Origin: an uncultured Pelagibacteraceae bacterium | GTDB taxonomy: Bacteria > Pseudomonadota > Alphaproteobacteria > Pelagibacterales > Pelagibacteraceae | Direction of reading: 5' to 3' | Length of the DNA stretch: 64,000 bases | Assembly: GCA_902615445.1 (NCBI GenBank) | Contig: CACMOQ010000001.1 | Location: forward strand, 86,025-150,024 | Shown: piece after piece, positions 1-8,814 of the stretch | Layout of the letters: each line of letters starts with the position of its first letter | Numbering within the stretch: position 1 is the first letter of the stretch | Position numbers and translations under genes: made by a program | The notes under the pieces: generated by a model | What the model saw: only the letters and a program-made list of their open reading frames with translations | Databases searched by the model: none | Told to the model about the DNA's origin: nothing

Positions 1-730
1 AATATTTTGGTTTATTAGCTAATTCATAAATTTCTTTACCCATGTGAAATGGAACTATTTGATCCTTTTCTCCATGCATCACTAGTAATGGTATATTTAT
101 ATTTTTTAGTTTTTTAGAATTTTCATACTTATCTTTAAGTAATAACTTAACTGGAATATAAGGATAGAAAGTTTTTGCAGCATCTATCATGGAAGTAAAT
201 GGTGTTTCTAAAATTATTCCTGCAAAATCTTTGTTTTGTGCAAGATGTGTAGCTACTCCAGTGCCTAAAGACTCCCCATATAGAATAATATTTTTTTTTC
301 TTACACCTTTTTCAATGAGCCAATCGACGGCACTTTGACCATCTTCATATAGACCTAATTCAGAGGGATTACCTTTATTTCCACTAAAACCTCTCCAAGC
401 TATAATCAAAAAATTTAAATCCATGTTTTTGAAATGATTCAGCTTATGAATTCTATTTTCTAAAGATCCTGCATTTCCGTGGAAAAAAACTAGTGTTTTG
501 TAGTCTTTGAGATTTTTCTCATGATACCATCCAAGTAATTCAATATTATCCGACGTTAATATCTTAACTTTTTTAATTTCAACAGAAATTTTATCTCCAG
601 AATAATTATTTTCATTTGGGTGATATAATAAATTTCTTTGGTTAAAATATAAAAAGACTAAAATTGAAAAATAAATAAAAAATAAAATTAAAATTATTTG
701 AGTCAATTTTTTCCTAAATTTGTTTAACAT
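1..730 (-). CDS. alpha/beta-fold hydrolase (serine aminopeptidase S33/BAAT-like); C-terminus cut by window edge
   Basis: Absent from the ORF track because it is open at the edge. My minus-strand translation from the ATG at 730-728 reads MLNKFRKKLTQIILILFF...GWYHEKNLKDYKTLVFFHGNAGSLENR...ILYGESLGTGVA...PLLVMHGEKDQIVPFHMGKEIYELA. It has an HGN oxyanion motif and a G-E-S-L-G nucleophile elbow. Confidence 0.75.
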   Translation of the reverse strand, partial: MLNKFRKKLTQIILILFFIYFSILVFLYFNQRNLLYHPNENNYSGDKISVEIKKVKILTSDNIELLGWYHEKNLKDYKTLVFFHGNAGSLENRIHKLNHFKNMDLNFLIIAWRGFSGNKGNPSELGLYEDGQSAVDWLIEKGVRKKNIILYGESLGTGVATHLAQNKDFAGIILETPFTSMIDAAKTFYPYIPVKLLLKDKYENSKKLKNINIPLLVMHGEKDQIVPFHMGKEIYELANKPKY

Positions 731-1619
731 TTTTCTTCTTAGCTAAATATACTCCAACAAATACTAAAACTGTTCCAATTAAATGGTAATTCTCAAGTTT
801 TTCTCCAAATAAAAAGTAACCATAAATCGCACCGTAAATTGTGAAAACATATAATGTAAATCCAGTTAAAGAGGCACCAAGTTTTTTTTGAGCCACTGTA
901 TAAAGAGTGAAAGCTATAATTCCTGGAGAAATAGCAGCAAAAATAATCCACATAAAAAATTCATTAGTAAACGCTGTTCTTTCAAAAAAAAGTTCTTCGC
1001 CAATATAAAAAGGAAATAAACTCAAAGCACCAAAAAATGCGATTAAGGTAAATCTTTGAAAAATTTTGAGCTCTGATTTCCAGTGAAATAAATAAATTGA
1101 ATATAAAGCCCAACCAATAGCAGCTGCCAGCATCCATAGATCACCAATTGTAAAATTAAGATTAATCAATAAATCCAGATCTCCCTTGATAATAATTGCA
1201 AAAACACCGAGCAAACATGAAATTAAACCAATTATCTTGGTAAAATTAATCTTTTCGTGAAAAAAGAAGCCAGATATTAGAATTATAAAAATTGGGGAAG
1301 AAGTATAAATTATTCCCATGTTAGTAACCGTAGTAGTTTTTCCAGCTAAAAAAGGGAAGGCTCCACATACTCCACATCCCATGGCTCCTAAAAATAAAAG
1401 TTTTTTAAGTTCATTTTTTATAATCTTATAATTTTTTCTCAAAGACAAATAAGTAAAAGGTAAAAGGATAACAAAAACTAATGTCCATCTCCAAAAAGCT
1501 AGAGAAATTGGTGGAACATATTCAACTCCACCTCTTGCAACGACTAAGTTTGATGCCATAAATATTGGCTGAATAAATAAAAGTGAAAATGCTAAAAGAT
1601 TTTTTACTTTAGTATTCAA
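714..1619 (-). CDS. DMT-superfamily (EamA-like) permease
   Basis: 301 aa and very hydrophobic, with about 10 TM segments in two similar halves, as in EamA/RhaT-type transporters. Its 3' end overlaps the next gene's start by 17 nt. Confidence 0.8.
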   Translation of the reverse strand: MNTKVKNLLAFSLLFIQPIFMASNLVVARGGVEYVPPISLAFWRWTLVFVILLPFTYLSLRKNYKIIKNELKKLLFLGAMGCGVCGAFPFLAGKTTTVTNMGIIYTSSPIFIILISGFFFHEKINFTKIIGLISCLLGVFAIIIKGDLDLLINLNFTIGDLWMLAAAIGWALYSIYLFHWKSELKIFQRFTLIAFFGALSLFPFYIGEELFFERTAFTNEFFMWIIFAAISPGIIAFTLYTVAQKKLGASLTGFTLYVFTIYGAIYGYFLFGEKLENYHLIGTVLVFVGVYLAKKKNVKQI

Positions 1620-1639
1620 TCGTTTAAATTTTTGAATAA

Positions 1640-1816
1640 TTATTTTTTATCAAAGAAAGCTTCATAGACCATCATAAAAATCGCAATACCCATTAATATG
1701 TAAACAGGTAACACATCAAAAAAACCTATCATTGATGATCTAGTTAGTGTAAATGCAAGACCTACTAAAAAAGCTATAGCGAGCAAAGACCCTAAAAATG
1801 TCGTAAACTTTTGCAT
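1640..1816 (-). CDS. small (58 aa) two-TM membrane peptide, unlisted in the ORF track
   Basis: My translation is MQKFTTFLGSLLAIAFLVGLAFTLTRSSMIGFFDVLPVYILMGIAIFMMVYEAFFDKK. The ATG at 1816 directly abuts the amidase stop codon (1817-1819), which suggests translational coupling. Confidence 0.35.
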   Translation of the reverse strand: MQKFTTFLGSLLAIAFLVGLAFTLTRSSMIGFFDVLPVYILMGIAIFMMVYEAFFDKK

Positions 1817-3142
1817 TTAGTTATTACATTCCTTTTCAAGCCAATTAGCAACACCTAAAAATCTGTGATCATCGTATCTATCACCTATGAGCTGTACTCC
1901 TAAAGGTAGGTTATTTTCACCTTCAAGTAGTGGAAGAGATATACAAGGCGTTCCCAGGTATGACCAAACTTTATTGAATTCTGCTGTGCCTGTACTTTTT
2001 AAACCTTTTGGGGCAACACCAGGACTAGCAGGAGCAAGAACCCCATGATAATCTTCGAAAACTTCTTGATAAGACTCATAGCTTCTTTTTCTAAAGTCAA
2101 TTGCTTCAGCATAGTCTTTTGCAGAATGTTTATTACCTTTAGCTATAGCGGTTTGCATAAACTTTGATAATTTTTTTTTATATTTTTTGTAATATAAACT
2201 AAAATTATTAGCTAAATCAGTTTCGTGAATAATTTGATGATATTTATGAATATCTTTGAAATAAGATGGTGTGTCGAATACCTCAATATTTTTGAATGAC
2301 TTTATAAAATATTCAAATGACTCTCTTGATTTTTTATCAACTATTTTCCAATAATCTGATTTGTAAAAGATAAATTTTGGTTCAAATAGTGGTCCTTTTT
2401 TCGTTTCCTCTAAAATACTTTCAGCTGAATAATAAATAGTTGCAGGATCATACTGATCCTTTTTAATTAAAACTTTAGCTAATAAAGCAACATCCTCTAC
2501 ATTTCTTCCAAATAAGCCGATGTGATCTAATATATATGAAGTTCTTAAAACTCCATTTCTTGATATAAGACCATATGTAGGTTTATATCCTACCACTCCA
2601 CAATAAGAGGCAGGCCTAATGACCGATCCTCCTGTTTGAGACCCTATTGATAATGGCGCCATCAGTGACGCTACTGCTGCTGCAGATCCACTAGAGGAAC
2701 CTCCTGGTGTTCGGGAATAATCATGAGGATTAGTTGTTTTCGGAGGTCCGAGATAAGCTAGTTCTGACGTAGCAGTTTTACCCATGACAACAGCACCAGC
2801 AGAATTTAAAAGCTCAACTATTTCAGCGTTCTGAGAATAAGATTTTCCTTTTCTTATAGATGTACCACACTCTGTTGGCATATCTACCGTTCCAATTATA
2901 TCTTTTAAAGCTATAGGAACACCGTGTAATGAACCTACAGGTTTTCCTGATTTTCTATGCTCATCTGACTCTGCAGCTTTCTCCAACAAAATCTTTTTAT
3001 CAAAATGAACCCAGGCTTTTACATCTTTCTCAAACTTATTTATTCTTTCAATATACTTTTCACAAATTTCTACCGAAGTAATTTGACCTTCTTTAATTTT
3101 TTGAGCCATTTCTTCAACTCTTAACGAAAAAATATCAATCAT
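1817..3142 (-). CDS. amidase-signature family amidase (GatA-like fold)
   Basis: 441 aa, with the amidase signature block GGSSSGSAAAVAS and the catalytic-Lys context VPIALKDII. It starts 5 nt after the dctM stop. Confidence 0.85.
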   Translation of the reverse strand: MIDIFSLRVEEMAQKIKEGQITSVEICEKYIERINKFEKDVKAWVHFDKKILLEKAAESDEHRKSGKPVGSLHGVPIALKDIIGTVDMPTECGTSIRKGKSYSQNAEIVELLNSAGAVVMGKTATSELAYLGPPKTTNPHDYSRTPGGSSSGSAAAVASLMAPLSIGSQTGGSVIRPASYCGVVGYKPTYGLISRNGVLRTSYILDHIGLFGRNVEDVALLAKVLIKKDQYDPATIYYSAESILEETKKGPLFEPKFIFYKSDYWKIVDKKSRESFEYFIKSFKNIEVFDTPSYFKDIHKYHQIIHETDLANNFSLYYKKYKKKLSKFMQTAIAKGNKHSAKDYAEAIDFRKRSYESYQEVFEDYHGVLAPASPGVAPKGLKSTGTAEFNKVWSYLGTPCISLPLLEGENNLPLGVQLIGDRYDDHRFLGVANWLEKECNN

Positions 3143-3147
3143 ATTTA

Positions 3148-4506
3148 TTAGTCAGCAAACAAAACGTCTGGTAGCCAAAGTGCAATTCCAGGAAACATAT
3201 ACATTAAAAACATTCCAAAAATTACAATACTTAAAAATGGCATGATGCCCCGAAATATCTCTAACAATTCAACGTTAGTTTTCTGAACACCTTTAAGATA
3301 ATATGCGGACATTGCCATTGGTGGTGTCAAAAAAGATGTTTGTAAGTTTAAAGCAATTAACATTGCAAAAAAATATGGATTAACATCGAATATTTCAAGA
3401 AGTGGTAGAAATATCGGAACAAATATAATCAAGATCTCTGTCCATTCTAAAGGCCATCCTAATAGAAAAATTATTATTTGAGTTATGATTAAAAATTGCC
3501 AAGTAGTAATGTTTATTGATGTGAAAAAATGTTCAAACACTTCATGACCACCTAAATAAGAGAAAACTGAGGAGAAAGTCCAAGATCCAATAAAAAGCCA
3601 CATTATCATAGCAGTGGTTTTTGCTGTTAAAAAAACTGACTCTTTAAAATTTTGCCATTTAAGTGTTTTATAAAACCAGGAAAGTATTAATGCCCCAAAA
3701 GCACCTGCAGCTGCAGCTTCGGCAGGGGTTGCTATTCCTGCTAAAATCGTTCCTAGCACTAACATTATTAAACCAAATAAAGGAACAAAAGAGACTAATA
3801 CCTCTTTTAAAATTTCTGCTCTTGGAGGAATGTCTTCTTTTGGGGGTCTCGGTGCTAGAGAAGGATTCAACCATGCTCTTATTACTGCGTAAGCGATATA
3901 AAGACCTGCCAACATTAATCCTGGAAAAATCGCAGCAGCAAATAATCTTAATGGAGATAATTGGGCAATAACAGAATAAACAATAAGCATAATGCTTGGT
4001 GGTATTAAAATACCCAAACATCCACCACTACAAATTATTCCAGAAGCAAATTTTTTATCATATCCAGCTTTAACCATTGCTGGCCAAGCTAATAATCCCA
4101 TCAAAGTTACAACTGCTCCAATAATACCTGTTGCAGTTGAAAATAATGTGCATGTTATTAATGCTGCTACAGCCATGGATGCTGGTAATCTATGCGCGGC
4201 TAATCTTATTGCAAAGAAAAGTTTAGCAACAATGCCAGCTCTCTCAACTAAATATCCCATGAATAAAAAAAGAGGCACTGCTGTAAGAACGTTATTATCC
4301 ATAACTGTGTATGTATTTTTTACAAATAAAGAAAAAATTCTATTATCGAAGAGATGATCCATCAAAACTGGATCGTAATAAGCATAATAACCAAAACCAA
4401 TTCCCATTGCCATTAGAGTAAAAGCAATTGGAAATCCTAACAAAACAGAAAAAAGGAAAACACCCATCATCAAAATAGCAACTTCTGGATTAGTTAAGCC
4501 AAACAT
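3148..4506 (-). CDS. dctM: TRAP transporter large permease subunit
   Basis: 452 aa polytopic membrane protein of DctM type, in the canonical P-Q-M order with the neighbouring small subunit and binding protein. Confidence 0.9.
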   Translation of the reverse strand: MFGLTNPEVAILMMGVFLFSVLLGFPIAFTLMAMGIGFGYYAYYDPVLMDHLFDNRIFSLFVKNTYTVMDNNVLTAVPLFLFMGYLVERAGIVAKLFFAIRLAAHRLPASMAVAALITCTLFSTATGIIGAVVTLMGLLAWPAMVKAGYDKKFASGIICSGGCLGILIPPSIMLIVYSVIAQLSPLRLFAAAIFPGLMLAGLYIAYAVIRAWLNPSLAPRPPKEDIPPRAEILKEVLVSFVPLFGLIMLVLGTILAGIATPAEAAAAGAFGALILSWFYKTLKWQNFKESVFLTAKTTAMIMWLFIGSWTFSSVFSYLGGHEVFEHFFTSINITTWQFLIITQIIIFLLGWPLEWTEILIIFVPIFLPLLEIFDVNPYFFAMLIALNLQTSFLTPPMAMSAYYLKGVQKTNVELLEIFRGIMPFLSIVIFGMFLMYMFPGIALWLPDVLFAD

Positions 4507-4510
4507 AAAT

Positions 4511-5089
4511 TTATTTATTTTCCTCTTGAGAGCTTCTCATTAAAATTTTTTCTGTCTCTTCAGCGACAACCATTCTTGCTGGCCAATGACCTGTTTGAAT
4601 GCAAATTATTGATCTAAATACTTCACCTATTCCTTGAATAATTAACATAATTCCTGCAGCAGGAATCATTGATTTAACCATATAAATTTGAATTTGAGCA
4701 GGACTACTCCAACTTGTCTCTTTTACTTTCCAAGCTTGAGCTGCGTACTCATAACCATAAAACGCTAACGCCAATACACCTGGAAAGAAAAATACAAAAT
4801 ATAGTATCAAATCTATCCACGCCTGAGTTTTTTGGCTAAATAATCTATAAATTACATCTCCTCTTACATGAGCTTCTGTAGCTAAGCAGTATGCACCTGA
4901 CATCATTAGTATAGCTCCGTACATTTGCATACTAAAATCAAAATTCCATAGTGTTGGCTTATTGAAAGCATAAGCCATTACCACTTCATAAACAGTCCCT
5001 CCCATTAAAATAACAATACACCATGAAAAAGCTTTTCCCATTGATGTACTAAGTGTGTCTGCAAATTTAATGTAAGATGACATCATCAT
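4511..5089 (-). CDS. dctQ: TRAP transporter small permease subunit
   Basis: 192 aa with four hydrophobic segments. Its stop lies 4 nt upstream of the dctM start. Confidence 0.8.
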   Translation of the reverse strand: MMMSSYIKFADTLSTSMGKAFSWCIVILMGGTVYEVVMAYAFNKPTLWNFDFSMQMYGAILMMSGAYCLATEAHVRGDVIYRLFSQKTQAWIDLILYFVFFFPGVLALAFYGYEYAAQAWKVKETSWSSPAQIQIYMVKSMIPAAGIMLIIQGIGEVFRSIICIQTGHWPARMVVAEETEKILMRSSQEENK

Positions 5090-5109
5090 TTTAAAGTATA
5101 GTAAATTTA

Positions 5110-5145
5110 AGTAAAAAAAAAGGGGGTTTTTAAACCCCCTTTATT
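5110..5145 (-). terminator. intrinsic-terminator-like hairpin between dctP and dctQ
   Basis: A GC-core stem (AAAGGGGGTTT / AAACCCCCTTT, about 5119-5142) is followed on the transcribed minus strand by a run of about 9 U (the A-run at 5112-5120 on plus). It is one of only two GC-rich hairpins I found in the window. Confidence 0.6.
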
Positions 5146-5163
5146 TTAATTTTTAAAAGCTAA

Positions 5164-6321
5164 TTAGATTTTAACTTTTGCAATTGGACCAAACTCATTT
5201 TCATAAGCTAATTTGTAGTTCGGTTGATTCATCAACAGATACTTCATTGTTCTCTTAGCGTATGCTTTCTGAGATGCTATAATTTTCTTAAAGAAAGGAT
5301 CTTTTCCAGAAAATTCAGCTACTATTTTATCCCAACCTTTTAACTGTTCAGCTAAAATAGCGTCAGATGTTTGGTATACATTTACTTTATGCTCATTCAT
5401 TAACTTAGCTAAGTCAGCTGAATATCTAACTAAAGCTTTAAAGTAGTTATCTGAGTTAGCAGCATAAGCAGCATTTTTCAAAATAGCTTGATGAGCTGGT
5501 GAAAGACTGTTGTATCTTTTCTTGTTCACCGGTATCTCAAACATTTCTTGAGATTGGTGGAAACTACCCAAATGATAGTGTTTAGATACATCTTGCATTC
5601 CAAACTGTGAGTCTGATGTTGGGTTGTTAAATTCAGCAGCATCAATCAAACCAGTTTTCATTGCTGGTTGAATCTCACCACCTGGTAATTGTCTTACAAC
5701 CATTCCCATAGCGGTTAAAACGTTAGTCGCTAGACCAACTGTTCTATACTTCATACCTTTAACATCAGATACCTTTGTTACATTCTTTTTGAACCAACCG
5801 AAAGGCTGCGCCGGCATAGGCATATGGAAAAAACCAATATAATCAAATCCTACTTTAGCAAGAGTTTCATCATACAGTTTTCTTCCTCCACCGTACTCCA
5901 TCCATCCCATTACCTCTTGAGATGACATTCCATACGAAGGACCAGTTCCAAAAAGAGAAGCGGCAGGGTTTTTACCATACCAATAAGCTGTTACCCAGTG
6001 ACCCATATCTAGGTTACCGTCACTAACAGCGGCTCCAATTTCAGAAGTTTTTACAACTGCTCCAACTGGTTGAAGGTCTATTCTTAATGAACCTCCTGAC
6101 ATTTCTTTAACCATGTTGCAGTAGTCTCCAGCCATTTCAAAAAAGATGTTTGCGCCTGAAGGCCAAGCTGCCTGCATCTTTAAAGTTACATGACCATCCG
6201 ACCTTGCAATGTTTGGCATTGCAACAGTAGCAGCAGCAACAGCTCCTGCTTTTGCGGCAGTCTTAAAGAACTTACGTCTTGAAGATGTTTTAATCTTCAA
6301 CGATTTATTTTCTTTTGTCAT
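5164..6321 (-). CDS. dctP: TRAP transporter substrate-binding protein (DctP type, COG4663-like) with Tat-like leader
   Basis: 385 aa with the leader SRRKFFKTAAKAGAVAAATVAMP. It is adjacent to dctQM, and an unusually strong Shine-Dalgarno (AGAGGAG) lies about 7 nt upstream of the ATG. Confidence 0.88.
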   Translation of the reverse strand: MTKENKSLKIKTSSRRKFFKTAAKAGAVAAATVAMPNIARSDGHVTLKMQAAWPSGANIFFEMAGDYCNMVKEMSGGSLRIDLQPVGAVVKTSEIGAAVSDGNLDMGHWVTAYWYGKNPAASLFGTGPSYGMSSQEVMGWMEYGGGRKLYDETLAKVGFDYIGFFHMPMPAQPFGWFKKNVTKVSDVKGMKYRTVGLATNVLTAMGMVVRQLPGGEIQPAMKTGLIDAAEFNNPTSDSQFGMQDVSKHYHLGSFHQSQEMFEIPVNKKRYNSLSPAHQAILKNAAYAANSDNYFKALVRYSADLAKLMNEHKVNVYQTSDAILAEQLKGWDKIVAEFSGKDPFFKKIIASQKAYAKRTMKYLLMNQPNYKLAYENEFGPIAKVKI

Positions 6322-6438
6322 TATTTCTCCTCTAGTAGTTAATTAACTAAATAATTAAAACATAGAATCAGATGGGAGTCTTTCTAAAAAAAGGCGTAGA
6401 TGTCGCATAAGTTGAATTTTATACAATCCTGAGTAGAA

Positions 6439-7392
6439 TTAGTTGACTTTATTTTTACAATTTCCCGTTTTAAAAAATTCATCGATATTGTCTATCGCTA
6501 AATTTGCCATCGCAATCCTAGTGTCCTTTGTTGCACTACCAAGGTGAGGTAAAATAAAAGCCGATTTTATTTTTAAATAACCAGAATTTAAATTTGGCTC
6601 ATTTTTATAAACATCCAAACCAACAGCATAAATTTTTCTACGATTTAAAGCATCAATGAGAGCCTCATCATCCACTATATCTCCTCTCGCAACATTAGTT
6701 ATGACTGCTCCTTTTGGAAAATACTCAACCGTTTCTTTATTGATCATATTTTCAGTTTCTTTTGTTGCAGGACAACAAATAGATAAAACATCAGAAACAG
6801 AAAAAAGGCTTTTTAAATTATCATGATATATAGCACCATCTTCTTTATCAGGGCTTAATTTTGATCGGTTATGATAATGGATTATCATGCCTAAAGACTT
6901 TGCTATTTTTGCAATTTTTTGACCAATTCTTCCCATACCTAAGATTCCTAACCTTGAACCTGTTAATTGTTTTCCAATCAAGTAATCTGCAGACCATTTC
7001 CATCCACCTTCTCTTGCTGACATTATTCCTTCAGCAGCTCTTCTACATGCACCTAAAATCAATAGAACACCTATTTCTGCTGTAGCATCTGATAATACTT
7101 CAGGAGTGTTTGTTACAGCGATGCCTCTTTTTTTTGCTGCCTCTAAATCAATATTTCCAAAACCAACAGCAAAATTAGAAATAATCTTAATTGAATCTGG
7201 TAACTTATCTATTGTCTCTTTATCCATTTTATCTGTTAGTGATGTTAAAACTCCATCACAACCTTGGCACATCTCTATCACTCTTGATTGGGAATATAAT
7301 TCATCATTTGGATTCAGTTTTGCATCAAAAATTTTTAGAGCTTTGTCCTCGCTATCTTTAATTAATTTTCTTGTGACTAGAATTTTTTTCAT
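6439..7392 (-). CDS. D-isomer-specific 2-hydroxyacid dehydrogenase (glyoxylate/hydroxypyruvate reductase-like)
   Basis: 317 aa, with the NAD fold GILGMGRIGQKIA, the RGDIVDDEAL block and the C-terminal PHLGSAT motif typical of the family. Confidence 0.85.
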   Translation of the reverse strand: MKKILVTRKLIKDSEDKALKIFDAKLNPNDELYSQSRVIEMCQGCDGVLTSLTDKMDKETIDKLPDSIKIISNFAVGFGNIDLEAAKKRGIAVTNTPEVLSDATAEIGVLLILGACRRAAEGIMSAREGGWKWSADYLIGKQLTGSRLGILGMGRIGQKIAKIAKSLGMIIHYHNRSKLSPDKEDGAIYHDNLKSLFSVSDVLSICCPATKETENMINKETVEYFPKGAVITNVARGDIVDDEALIDALNRRKIYAVGLDVYKNEPNLNSGYLKIKSAFILPHLGSATKDTRIAMANLAIDNIDEFFKTGNCKNKVN

Positions 7393-7401
7393 CTTTATTA
7401 A

Positions 7402-8775
7402 TTAATTTAGATCAAATATTTTACCAGGATTCATTATATTGTTTTGATCGATACTTCTTTTGATGGACTTCATCAATGGAATACAATCACCATGTTCTTG
7501 CAGAAGATAAGATTTTTTATGCAAACCTACTCCATGTTCACCTGTAATTGTTCCATTTAAATCTAAAGTTTTCTTAATTAATAAATCACTAAAATCTCTA
7601 ATCTTATTATATGTTCCCTCTTCTTTAGGATCATAAGGTAAAATCACGTGAAAATTACCATCTCCTAAATGACCAACCATAGGGGCTCTCAAACCGAGTT
7701 TTTTAGTCTGTTCTTCAGCAAAGTTTACACATTCAGTTATATTTGAAATCGGTAAACATACATCTGTAGAGTAAACACGACCATTATTTATTAAAGCTTT
7801 AACTGAATAATAAACATCCCATCTTGCTTTCCAGAGTTTATTTCTCTCTTCTAAATCTTTAGCCCATTTAAATGAACTTCCATTATTGTCTTTGGAAATT
7901 TCCTCAACAATTTTTATATTTTCTTGATTTGATACTTCTGAACCATGAAATTCAAAAAACAATGTTGGTACAGCCTCGATATCTTTTAATTTCGAGTAAT
8001 TTATACTAATTTCCATCTGTTCTTTGTTAAGCATTTCTATTCTAGCAATAGGTACCCCGTATTGAATAACTTGTTGGGCCGTTTGGACTGCTTTTTCTAA
8101 AGATGGAAAATGACACACGGCACTCATAATGCTTTCAGGTATTGGCGATAATCTTAATTGAATTTCTGTAATAATACCTAAAGTACCTTCTGAGCCAATA
8201 AAAAGGTTTGTTAAATTATATCCAGCAGAAGTTTTTTTAGTTCTGCTTCCAGTTTTTATGATATCTCCATTGGGCAAAACAACTGTGAGGCCAGTAATTA
8301 CAGTTTTCATTGTACCATACTTTACTGCCATCGTCCCTGAGGCAGAAGTTGATGCCATTCCACCTATCGCAGCATTAGCTCCAGGATCAATTGGAAAAAA
8401 AACTCCATCTTCTCTTAAATAATCGTTTAATTGTTCTTTGGTTACACAAGCTTGCACTCTACAATCAAAATCTTCTGCATTAACTGTTAGAATTTTATTC
8501 ATTCTTTCTAAAGAAATAGTGATGCCTTTCTCATTACCAACAACATTACCCTCTAAAGAAGTTCCTGTACCAAATGGAACAACTGGAACTTTATGCTTAT
8601 TACACAGGCTTAATACTTTTGAAACTTCTTCATTTGTTTCTGGAAAAACTACAGCTTTTGAAAGAACTGGATCGTAAGTATCCTCACCTCTTGCATAATT
8701 AGTTCTTGTAGATACTGAAGTGGAAAATCTTCCATTAAAAATCTTTTTTAACTCTGACTGAACAAGATCATTCAT
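7402..8775 (-). CDS. FAD-linked oxidase (GlcD / D-lactate dehydrogenase-like)
   Basis: 457 aa, with an N-terminal FAD-binding PCMH-type region (VVPFGTGTSLEGN) and the C-terminal GTITGEHGVG...MNPGKIF motifs. Confidence 0.85.
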   Translation of the reverse strand: MNDLVQSELKKIFNGRFSTSVSTRTNYARGEDTYDPVLSKAVVFPETNEEVSKVLSLCNKHKVPVVPFGTGTSLEGNVVGNEKGITISLERMNKILTVNAEDFDCRVQACVTKEQLNDYLREDGVFFPIDPGANAAIGGMASTSASGTMAVKYGTMKTVITGLTVVLPNGDIIKTGSRTKKTSAGYNLTNLFIGSEGTLGIITEIQLRLSPIPESIMSAVCHFPSLEKAVQTAQQVIQYGVPIARIEMLNKEQMEISINYSKLKDIEAVPTLFFEFHGSEVSNQENIKIVEEISKDNNGSSFKWAKDLEERNKLWKARWDVYYSVKALINNGRVYSTDVCLPISNITECVNFAEEQTKKLGLRAPMVGHLGDGNFHVILPYDPKEEGTYNKIRDFSDLLIKKTLDLNGTITGEHGVGLHKKSYLLQEHGDCIPLMKSIKRSIDQNNIMNPGKIFDLN

Positions 8776-8814
8776 TGAATAGAATATTATTAGTAATTAA
8801 ACAAAAAATACAGC

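Noticed and set aside
3663-4357. Three ORFs (3663-3971 +, 3668-4021 -, 3992-4357 +) inside or antisense to dctM
   Set aside because: They lie entirely within the well-supported DctM frame. Their translations are low-complexity or Leu/Ile-rich with no motifs, as expected for off-frame or antisense ORFs in AT-rich DNA.
6861-7405. ORFs 6861-7085 (+) and 7106-7405 (+), antisense to the 2-hydroxyacid dehydrogenase
   Set aside because: They are fully embedded opposite a gene with clear family motifs, and their translations look like noise.
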